Below, piece after piece: positions 53,106 through 64,000 of a DNA stretch of 64,000 nt. The notes below the pieces were generated by a model, which saw only the letters and a program-made list of their open reading frames with translations, was not told the origin of the DNA and did not search any database. A program made the translations under genes and the position numbers. Origin of the DNA: Utricularia gibba (taxonomy: Eukaryota; Plantae; Magnoliophyta). The stretch's first letter is position 1. Each line of letters starts with the position of its first letter. The DNA lies in NCBI GenBank assembly GCA_002189035.1, contig NEEC01000012.1, positions 620,001-684,000 of the forward strand, given 5' to 3'.

Positions 53106-56100
53106 TAGTTTATACAAATTTACCAGGATATAACCCCTTCAAAGCCACCAGACATTTGTTAATATATCCTATCACGGTGACTTTGAAGTTCATCAACAGC
53201 CAAAGTTTTCTTTTCAAGAACAATCTCAAGGTATGAACACCAATTTTGATGTTCCTAGTTCATCTACTCAACAACTTATAACGAAAAAGTTATAAATTCA
53301 TAAATTTTTTGGGTTGTTCATAAATATAGAGTAGATATTATCAACACGTAAAACACTCTTTGAAAAATACGAAAAAAACATGATCGATTAACTTTCAAAT
53401 ACAAACATATTTTTAACTCAAATAATTGTTACACATTTATAATAATTGTAATATATTATTATGATACCTTAAAATCTAAGATGCTTATAATTTCTCTTGC
53501 AGTGGATCATGTTCCACATAGATTAGGTATGCAAAATTTATTTTCACAAATTGGAATATAATTATACTATATAAAAAACATATTTTTTATTGTTGTGATA
53601 CGTATATAATATAAATATAATATTTTGTAATTGCGTATGAAAACAAATTTGAATATCTCGTCAAATATTATAAATATAAATATTTTATCTTTTATTTTGA
53701 AATCATAAAATTATAATAGTGAATAATTTTTTCAAAAATATTTTATTAATTATTTTGTTTTAATGATATAAACAGTTTTTTGAAAAAAAATTATTAAATA
53801 TTTACAATAGAAAAGTAATATTCCGATATTTTTTACTTATTATATTTTAGTATGTATATTATCTTTAAATAAAAGTAAATCAAAAAGAAAACTAAAATTG
53901 TAAGATGAGTGATTTTGTATACATAATTGAGGTATTTTACACATATCAGATGATCAGGGAATTAGGTATTTTTGTAGTGAGTGTTATGAAAAATGATCAA
54001 TTGATGTTATCTATCGTAACGATAGACGAGACTGTATGCCACCATATATGATTAAAGTATAAGTAAGTTAATATATTTAATTGCTTTATTTTTTTGAATC
54101 ATATTTAAATATTATTTTTTTGTAATGTATTTAAGACCATATTCTAAATCATTATTAGAGTTGTACATAATAAATTTTAATATTAGAATATTGTTATCGA
54201 AAGGAATGTAAGCTCCTAATCACATATTGTATTATACAATTAAAGTGATTTATTTTGTATTCAATTATTAATAATATTTTTTGTTACAAGAATATAATCA
54301 AATCATTGCTGAAGTACATTTTCAAAGATAGTATCAAGGACAAATTGATTTTTTTATGTGATCAAGCGAATAATCACTGAATGTGTGTTTTAAGTTTTTT
54401 TTTTGCTTTTACAATTTTTTGATTACTCTTTTATGTTTTAAAGATATAAAAAGAAGCAGTATATAAAATATACATTAAAAAAAGACATGATATACGTAAG
54501 CAAATATTTTTTGTTAGAAATGAAAGATGGAACGAGCGGTAAATGATCTCATTTTTTGATTTTATTAATTTTGTATCTGTCATTTATCATTATCATTAAA
54601 ATTATTATTATTAATAATTACAACATAATAATTTCTATATTAAAAAAGGCTTGCCTTGTGTTTTGTTAAAATAATAAACAACTACTATTTGTATGTTTAT
54701 TACGTAACAAATATATATAATATAAAACTAATGTTATTGGTAAATAATTGTTTTATTTTGTAACTGAAATAAACCTTAATTATGCATAGAATAAAATATA
54801 GCAAAACTGAAAATTATAGTATTTTACAAATATTCAACTCTAATATATGCATCTTATAAATTAATGCTGAAACAAAGAAAAAAAATCCAGTATCACACGT
54901 ATTTTGCACCGTTTAGTTAAAAACCCTTGAAAAGCAGCGTCACCCTCCTTATTCATTTTTTTTTATTCATCTTATTCTTCTTTCACCCCGTCCAATAATT
55001 GAATGGGCGTGTGGTTGACACCATCGGGTGGAGACAAAAGCAGCCGCCCAAGTGGCTCACAGAAGCAACAGCCAACGAAGAGATGAAGCCCCGGGCAGCT
55101 GTCTGGGCCCGAAAACCTTGAAAAGAAGCTTTCCATTTGGTGGAGAAGGACAAGATCCTTCCACCCCAGTTGCCCTCCAATTCCACCACCCAAGGACCAT
55201 GGTTTTTTCTCGTTATTTAACTCAGGATTTCCCATCCTTCAACAAAAAGCGCCTGCAGATATATGATGATTCCACCCACCAACAACATTTGCATGACTTC
55301 CGATTGAATGGGGTGAACTTGTGAGGCCATATCAAGTAAGCAACCATGATGCCAACAACGCAGCAGCATTCTGCGGGCTACGGAGATGCTGGTCGGTGGT
55401 CTGCATCAACATAATGGAAGTGGTTGGAATGCAATTTTCTAACGTAGATCATTACGTATAAAAAAAACAAACAAATAAATAGCCCCCACGCAGAGTCATC
55501 GGCTTTGTAGCACCTTCGATCCAACTTAGGCACATGATACCATATACTCCTATTATCTAAAGATTTGCAGAGTGATCATCTTTTCTAAATATATTTATTT
55601 TTATAAGAATCATTCATAATGGTGACAAACTGACTTCATTTAAGCTTTGAAACGCTCGGAACCCAATACCTAACGGAATGTAATTTGCTCAATAATTCAA
55701 TCTTCTTAGATTACGATATCCTTATCTCATAATAAATTAATATTTATTTGATGTAGCCTTGCTTTCTACATCAGTTATGCAGAGCCCTGAAATTTTTGAT
55801 TGTCGTAGACCATTCTTTGATGTAGCAAATAATTGCATGGAATGACACGATACATGTTGAGTCCGACGAAGAGTCCCGAAGGAACAAGTAAGGCCCGTAG
55901 GGAGATTGTGACATGATTTGACCCGATAGCCACTTCCTGCCTCTTATTGAAGACATGCTGTTCCACCATTTGGAAATACAAGTGGAGGAAAGCAATACTA
56001 AACCCTAATAAGTTGTGTGTAACACTGTCTAAGCATCTAACGGTGAAACGAGGGAAAGCTTATCGTCTAGGCAATCTTCCCAAGGGAACGATAGCCAATG

Positions 56101-57190
56101 TTTCCCCATAATGTGGTTGACCTAACATCTCTGAAAATTTCAAATCTGAAAATTAGCTGAAATGAGAAACACCATCTTTTATTAGAGTTGGGTTGGGTGT
56201 ATGGAGATAGGGAATGAAGGGTGAAAAGGACTTCTAACAATTTTCTTGAGAAATAACTAGTCTTAGAGAGAAGGGAGAACTTCGCAAAAGAAAATTTATA
56301 TGAATTTCCAAGTTTTCCTCACATTTGAGAAATAAACATTCATTCTTAGTGAAAAGCCATTTATCCTAGTGCGTGATCATCCTCGGTTTTCATTGTTTAT
56401 GGATTACCATATTGTGTCTTCTTTTTCTATTCTAACTACTTGGTATATTTAATGTTATAGACTCGACGGATCCTCCATTGAATATTTCTGCTATGATCAA
56501 GACTGATGTTCAAAAATTTGAAAACATTACGTTTGTGAAAATTGATAAACAGAAATCTCCCTAGGTGTTGTGTATCTAGAGATATCTGATAATTGATTTT
56601 ATATCGTTTCAAACATGTTATTTTATTAATTTTCAGTGTTGGTTTTTAATTACCTTAAATTCAAATTTCTTATTATTTTATGGATTTTTAGAATGTTTTT
56701 GGATTAATTTGATAAAAAATCAAAATTCAACAATTTATGGACTTGATGGATCATGAATCTCAACTCAAGACTTGGTTAAGATCAATTCTCATAGGACAAT
56801 TAGTTTTAGGTGTAACTTATGCATAAGCTAGATTATCTTATGGTTTTTGGGAAAAAAAGGTCATTTTGGATTTATGAAGAGAAAGTGAATAGAGTAAAAT
56901 AGTCTTAAAAGGATTATTTCATACTTATGAACAAATGTGGATATTATTTGATCAATCTAGTATAAATATGTTGAAAGATTACACTTCATGTGCGTAATAA
57001 TACTCAAAGTTAAAAAGGCTAAAATACACCTTCTTCTAAGCTATTTCATGAGATAAGTTTCATTTTTTACATTGGTATATTTAATTTAATATAATATATT
57101 TTATAATATGTATACTTTTTTTCTTTGTACAATTGCAGGATTACTGCAAACAAATGAAGCAATGGCTTTAAAAAATGAGTAAATGCGAAC

Positions 57191-57332
57191 TTGAGTAAGT
57201 ATAGAAGTAGATTACTTCTAAATACGATGCTTTAGAGTTTACTTTTAACTATTATTGCTTTAGCGTTTACTTTTAACATTACAAGTCGTATTTTGAGTAA
57301 GTATAGAAGTAGATTACTTCTAAATACGATGC
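57191..57332. repeat. Perfect 40-bp direct repeat pair
   Basis: ttgagtaagtatagaagtagattacttctaaatacgatgc at 57191-57230 and 57293-57332. Confidence 0.95.
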
Positions 57333-58209
57333 AATCTCTTATTTGTGCACGTAATTGATTACATGGATTTAATGAATTCGGCACTTCAGGTAATCAATTA
57401 TTTGCAATATTTATTTTTTTATTAACTGTGTTTTTTTATATAGATTTAATAATGTATTTTGAATTTAAATGCTTTATTGAAATAGATAAATATATAGAGA
57501 TGGAAGAGCCTCAAGCATACATAGAATATTGAAATAATGATTGATATTTTGATCTAATGTTATAATTTTTTTTAGTTTAGGATAATTTTAATTCTTTTTA
57601 CATGTGTTATGTTATTTTTTAAATAAATTATGAATTGAGAATTCACATAATAATTTTAATTTATTTTATATAATTTTATTTAAAGAATATTAATATTAAA
57701 ATTAATATATAATATTTTTATAAAATGTTTTATTTAATGTATGGTAAGTTGTGGGCCTGCTCGGTCTAGCCCAACCCAACCAATATTCGAACTTGGGCCA
57801 TGTCAATAATAATATAAGGAATCGTGCTTCAGCTCTACCCTAGCCCAATTTTTGGCAGGATTCCTTTGAATTACAGCTTGGGTGATGACACACATTTTCT
57901 TTGAATTTTACAATATAAAATGGTTATGTTTTATTATGTTTTAAGTTAGGTATATATGGTTTTTCATGTTTTATGTGTATTTATGTTAATTATTTGTGTT
58001 TATGTTAAAAGGTGGAATAAATCAAAGGATTTAGTTGACCACCTTTATTAGTAATGTTTGACTTAGTTAAGTGGGGATATTGGCAGCAAAATCAGACTCA
58101 TAAATGTGTGTAACAAGTAGAGAAAGTCACAATAGCCAAAAAGGAACAAAGAGCACTATTCTGTCACTTGCGTCTGCAAGTTCAGGCCGGGAATAGTGCT
58201 AGTGTCAGG

Positions 58210-58410
58210 AACAGTTAGAGGCAGGTTCGCTTTCGAACCGCACGATTTCGGTTCGGAACCGAATGGTTCCAATGAGCCGTCAGTTCCAAAATCGAGGTTC
58301 GCTGTGGGCAACGTTTCCGGTTTCGATTCGGAACTGTATCTCAAAACCTTGAACCAACCCAAAACCGGAACTGAGATTTGTGAACTGAATCATAACCGGA
58401 ACCAATTGTT
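58210..58410. repeat. AACCG/CGGTT-rich hAT/MITE-like subterminal repeat cluster
   Basis: Dense gaaccg, cggttc and aaaccgg motifs. Confidence 0.45.
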
Positions 58411-59201
58411 TACTGTTTGCAAGTGTTTTCCAAGCACCCAACAGAATCATTGTGTGTGTATGGCATTGAAATTTTTAATAATTATTAATTTTTTAATATT
58501 TGGATATTATCAAACAATATATTTAACAATATTAATTTTTATATTTAACTAGATATATTATGTAATATACCATGTTAATTTAAATTACTTGATAAACTAT
58601 TCCAATAACGTATAATTAAAATCAATATAATTTGTAACTTAAATAAATAAAATAAATGATTAAATTATTAGTATTTGAACATGCATTTGGTAAAATTAAA
58701 TTTTTTGAAACAAATACAACAAGATTACAAATCATATAAAATGAATAGAGTTATTATTTATATATTTATTTTTTAAAATGAAGATGTTTATATAGTTATT
58801 TTATATAATCTCTTGTAAGTATTGTGTATGTTTCAAATTAATATGAAAACATCATCTATTTCATAAAATTTTTCCAAACTTCATATATTTTGAAAACAAA
58901 AAATAAGATGAATTAAATAGATTATATTTTCAAAATTAACATCACATATTTTATGTCTCTTTTACGGAACACTTACTAGACATCTTTAATAATCGTTTAG
59001 AGTGTCCAAACTCCAGAGAAGATCCCAAAATTAAGTGTCTGGACGACCTCGAACGACAACCCTTATTCTAAAGTACATGTTGCCGAGATATTAGAGGCAC
59101 CTTTAGAAATCATTATACGTGACTCCAAAATTGATTTAAGGGATCACTATTCACTAGAGTATATTTCACACGATGCATATGGGAATATAACGAATTTAAC
59201 A

Positions 59202-60256
59202 CTAACAACAGCATAATTGTCTTTTAAAAAAAAAGTCAACAACAAAAGTATTCCAACTACAACATAAGTGTTCAAAAGAATTAATATTAGAGGCTCCATC
59301 TTGTAGACGTGCATGTCTCTCACATATGGGAGGCTGTCCTATTTGGTTCTCATTAACATAACTTGGAACATCATGGTCATACCGTAATCCTTCAAGGAAA
59401 GTCCTCATCTCACCATCAACATTTTGTGATGCATCATCCCTATTAGTATGCGAATAAAGACTTGGAAAAACAGCATTATTTTCCTAAAAAATTAAAGGTT
59501 AGTTTTGATATATAACCAAGTGTATTCTAGAGTAGAATAGCAAAAATGACTTACCGGATTTTTCATTGACTTGTGAGGCGAATCATCAATCAATAATGTA
59601 TTATGACGGTCATATTTTGTGTTCAATCCATTGTTGACAGCCCATACACGCACACATGTGTCCGTAGTCATCGTTTGATCCCACACAAAAATGAGTTTAT
59701 CAAATAATGAAGGTGGAAAGACCCATTTAGTGATTACTTGTAGTTGCTCCCAACAAAATAAATCAATTGCACGAATTGGCACAATTCTAAATACCAACAA
59801 AAAAAAGATGCAACACACGTACCTGCCACTGGATGACCATAAGGCTACATCAAAATTATCCAAACATCACCTAATAAAGTCACAGGCAGATGGACGTAGA
59901 AAGACTGCATAAATTATACCAAAAATTACCTATGATATCTCACAAATCTTGAATGCATATAACACACAAAAATAAGTGTTGTCTTAGTACTTGATTGGCC
60001 ATATATAATTTTATCTAGAGGGATTCGTGATCTTGACGGTCTAGCCCTATACACGATGTCTGCGAGCACACCATTGACATCTAAGATTATCAGCTTTCGT
60101 TGAGTCTCAGAGGCACTCAAAGAGGGTCTGGTATATGCCCAACGGCTCTCATACCAATCCAATTTGTGGCGAAGCTCTTCATTCTCCTTTCAGTTTACTA
60201 TACATTTTGAGTTTCTGTATCTGACTTGCATACAATGCTTCTGTTATTTTCGACAT
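59202..60256 (-). pseudogene. FCP1-homology (NIF/HAD superfamily) phosphatase-like gene, disabled
   Basis: RKLIILDVNGVLADIV; IFLRPSACDFIR*CLDNFDVALWSS (in-frame TGA near 59868); KLIFVWDQ; NTLLIDDSPHKSMKNP; last exon from 59483 ENNAVFP...EGL...GQPPI. Apparent +1 frameshift near 60190. Confidence 0.75.
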
Positions 60257-60295
60257 ATTATCTAAATGAAATGATGTCTTATTTTTCAAGCATGA

Positions 60296-61300
60296 TGATA
60301 AACGGAAATTTTAGCATATCGTTGCAAATAAAGCAAATCTCCGTATCAAATAAATTTATAAGCCCTAATTTACACAAAATACAAATTTAGAAAACTTGTA
60401 CAGTGGATGACGGGGTCGATCACGAAGAGCTTGTGCTTGCTAAGTGTTTTAGTAAATGCATAATTCGGGATAACAGTTAATCTTAGTCTAAGCTCGGACT
60501 AATAGTGGTGAACAAGTTCCGTAAACAAGTTAAGTAGACAATATCAGGTCTCAACGCTAAAGCTAACATGTATTGGTTCTAACTTAGAATAATACTAAGA
60601 TGCCTTAAGGGTCTGCAGATGGTGTTATGCTAAGGTGCCTAATTTAATTTATCATGTTTCTACACTCACAACTTCAAATAACCTAAGTCTACCCAGGTCA
60701 TTCATCATATTGTCGGCTAAGCTAGTCCCCAATATCATAACTAACATTGCAATTAGGTCTACCCACATGCAAAACATATAGAATTGGGTCTACTTAGTTC
60801 TATTGGTTCTATCATGGACTAACACCTACTGCTCTCCTCTTGATTTGTTAGTCTACCCCTAAATCGAGCATCTTAGTTGTGAAACTACTTTTTCCCCGTC
60901 TTAGGTTTACCCATGGATTGAAAGAAACAAGAGTTAAGGAACACACATAAGTTTCGTTATTAACCCTAAGCACACACCACCATACTTCACCTTAAGGCAT
61001 CCCTAAGGTTTTAGCGACTCATACTTGGAAAATAAAGCACGATTTCATTCAGATAAGTTGGCGAGAATGATAGAAACATTGTAAGCAAGTCGGGTACAAA
61101 AAAAAACTAGAAATGTTCAGAAAATGGAAAGGAAATAAAGATTGTTCTGTCGCTTGGTTGCTACTGTTCACGGCCCGGAATAGTAGCACTGGATTGGGCT
61201 CCAGTGCTGCTCTTGATGATGAAGGCCTTCTTCCCTCTTCTGAATGGTGTTTTTCACGTTGGGGAAGAAGCCCCCTTGCGTGTGTTCTGTGCTCCCCTCG
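60296..61300 (-). mobile_element. Athila-type LTR (partial), minus strand
   Basis: Ends ...ttccgtttatCA at 60296. 60296-60782 is the reverse complement of 61301-61758 at roughly 80-85% identity. No PBS follows. Confidence 0.85.
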
Positions 61301-63510
61301 TCTACACTTTGCATGCGGGTAGACCTAATTGCAATGTTGGTGATGATATTGGAGACTAGCTTAGCTGAAAATATGACAAATGACCTAGATAGACTTAGGT
61401 TATTTGAAGTTGTGAGTGTAGGAACATGACAATTTAAGTTAGACATTTTAGCACAACTCCACCTGTAGATCCTTAAGACATCTTCGTATTATTCTTAGTT
61501 ATAACATTTCGCATTGAAACTTGATTTTGTTTACTGAACTTACTTGTCATTGATAGTCTGAGCTTAGACTAAGATCTACTGTTATTTTGAATTATGCATT
61601 TACTAAAACACTTAGCAAGCACAAGCTCTTCGTGATCGACCCCGACATCCACTATACAAGTTTTCCAAATTTGTATTTTTTGTAGATTAGGGACTATAAA
61701 ATTATTTGATAACGAAATTTCTATTTTTGCAACGACATAAGGAAATTTTTGTTTATCAAATTGGTGCCATTGCCGGGAGTGGTGTTTAATTGTTTTGTGT
61801 TTCTAGTTGATGTATTTATGTTCTTCTGGTGCAGGTAATCTCACTTTCTTTCTAGAAATTGGGAGAGCTATCAGCAAGAATAGGGTAAAAGTTAGGGAAG
61901 GGAGTAGATTGAGGCAGCTCCCACCCGAGACTAATAGCAGTTTTAGAATGGCTGAACCTTAGAAGACCTTGAACGAATTAGATGATGCTGATTATACTTA
62001 CAGAGGTCTATGCATCAGATTTCCAGAGGATGGAGCAAACGAGCTGAATACAACGATGATTATTTGCTTGCCAAAGTTCTATGGGAAAATTGGAGAGAAC
62101 CCCCATGAGCATCTTGACAATGTAATAGGAGTATGCGCTCATTGAAGGGAGCTAGAATGACTAAAAATTCCACTTGTTTGAGAGCCTTCCAGTTTACTTT
62201 GGAAGGAGGAGCCAAAACGTGGTTCAACTCACTAAGGCTTGGAATGAAGAAGGTATTTTTGAGAAAATATTTTCTAGCTTCCAAGGCCAAAGGAATTAGA
62301 AAAAAAATCTGTGATGTTGAACAAATGAGTGGAGAATCATTGCACGAATATTGGGAAAGGTTTAATCATCTTTTGGGCTCCTGCCCACACCATGGTTTTC
62401 AGATCAATGCCTTGGTCAAATACTTCTATGATGCATTGTTATGCAATGATAGAGCCATGGTTGTAATACCCTGGCTCAGGGCCCGTGGTAGTATGGCAAA
62501 GGAGAGGGTGCAAGGTGGCATGTGACATGGCTAAACAGGTAATTGAGACTAGTATGGGCTAGGGCGTCTTCGGGCTAGGCCCGTCGGATGGTTGTGGCAA
62601 GGCTTGCTACCTTATTTCCCTCTTCGTGACTTAGTATTATTTCCTTGCTTGTTGTGCTCGTTTTCCCTTATGTTGTGGCGTCGAGCGCCTAGGCTTGCTG
62701 CCTTGTGTTGGAACCTTGACTCTTGTTACTTAATAAAATTGCTATTGCGTTACATATGCTTTTTGGTGAGTCATGGCGAAGGGATCTGGCGAGGGATGCC
62801 GCCAGGGATCGCCAAGTGCTAGGAATGGCGGTGTGGCAAAGGAAAGATGCACCCTTAATCAAGTTCCTAACCCACCCCATGATGATTGGGACACTCGTGC
62901 TGAGTGTTAGATGTTGGTAATGGCCTTAGTGTCTAGGGTGCAGGTCGCGGGTCGTTACACATGGTAGATTCAGCGATAGGAGGATTTATAAGGAAAAAGA
63001 CACCAACCGAAGCTCTTTCCTTGTTTGAGGAGTTGGTTGAGCATTCGAGACATATTATCAGGAAGCAAGCCTCAATTAAGAGAGTGTATGAAGTGGAGAG
63101 TAAGCCTAGGATTTCAAATACTAGGCTGGAGGGATCATCCAAATTTTCATTGAAGCAACAACGAAAATTCTTACAAAGGAGAAAGCTCAACCATGGGGCA
63201 GCAAAATTTTCAGGAGCAAAGATCTTATCAGACGCCTCCATTTCAAAGGCAAAACCAATAGAACCAGAAGCCGTTTCAAGTCCCCAAATCAAGGCAATGC
63301 TGAAGGGAATTCTGGAAATTCGTTGGAAGAAATGTTGAAGACATTCATGGCACAATCAATCAAAAATCAAGCTGAAAATCAACAAGCGATCCGAAATTTG
63401 GAGGTTCAAGTGAGTTAGTTGGCAGCAGAGCTTGGAGACCTGTTACAGAAAGGGAGTCTACAATCTCAACCCAAGCCAAACCCAAATTCCAGTGGAGGAC
63501 TGAACAACAG
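61301..63510 (+). mobile_element. Athila element 5' part: truncated LTR (to 61758), tRNA-Asp-like PBS (61762-61778) and decayed gag (from 61948)
   Basis: gtttatCA|aat|TGGTGCCATTGCCGGG. Gag fragments LPKFYGKIGENPHEHL, AFQFTLEGGAKTWF, ESLHEYWERF and DRAMVDSAIGGFIRKKTPTEA. Confidence 0.88.
62462..62959 (+). mobile_element. 498-bp Tekay/Del-like solo LTR (or internally deleted derivative) inserted in Athila gag
   Basis: TGTAATACCC...GGGTCGTTACA termini, flanked by the direct repeat CATGGT at 62456-62461 and 62960-62965. Confidence 0.9.
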
Positions 63511-64000
63511 TGTTGCGTGTCGTTTCCTCAACAAATTTTAAATATTTAAAACATAAAACACCAAATAGCGTAGTATGAGTATTGATCTCAGGGAGTTGTT
63601 TTTTGTGAAAAGTGTTTTGTAAGCAACTTCTACAAAATGTCACGGTTTTGTAAAAGGGGGTTTGTGGAATGCAGAAAGAAAAGTTATAACCTAAGTGATG
63701 AGGCTTGACTACGGGAAGCAGTTTCTAGGAATGAGATTCCATCTTCTTCCTTTGTCTATCCTCGCCTCGGCTTTCACTGATTCTTTCCAAATAGCTGGTT
63801 ATAGGAGCAAGGAATAGCCTACTCTCCCTTACACTCTGATTGACAAGGAGGCACGGGAATACCCTCATGTGATTCCCCCTTGGACGATTAGGAAGACTAG
63901 AGGATTGCCTTCGATTGCCTTCAAAATCGAATTGCGCGCATGTGCCCAGTTGTTGCCAATTGCCAGTGGTAGGTCCGAGGTCACAACCTGTCCACTGTCG
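63511..64000 (-). mobile_element. LTR of the same family as 33552-34878, running off the window end
   Basis: The reverse complement matches ~34340-34878 (cgacagtggacaggttgtgacctcggacctacc...aaacgacacgcaaCA). Confidence 0.9.

Noticed and set aside
57191-57332. CRISPR-like repeat-spacer-repeat
   Set aside because: Only two repeats, a spacer that is itself repetitive, a eukaryotic context and no cas genes.

Overview
Plant (probably eudicot) nuclear DNA, TE-rich, with host genes scattered among nested transposon remnants. Host genes: a 9-exon O-fucosyltransferase (GT106, OFUT16/OFUT6-like, minus, 549 aa); a head-to-head pair formed by a disabled 2-exon conserved plant gene and a frameshifted LIKE-COV2 gene; a 14-exon CESA6-class cellulose synthase (minus, 1083 aa); and a disabled FCP1-homology HAD gene. 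TEs: a near-complete but decayed Ty3/gypsy Tat element with dual RNase H and an antisense ORF, nested solo LTRs with exact TSDs, Athila LTR/gag pieces, a fragmented chromovirus, and hAT, PIF/Harbinger and MuDR transposase relics. The most notable observations: a ~310-nt foldback (~90-bp stem) in CesA intron 1; substitutions in the normally near-invariant CesA NEQFWVIGG motif plus a GC splice donor; a 498-bp TG..CA element with an exact 6-bp TSD; and lesions in most host genes. Exon structures were built by hand from splice signals, phase and remembered family sequences. No database searches were run, so family assignments need confirmation.
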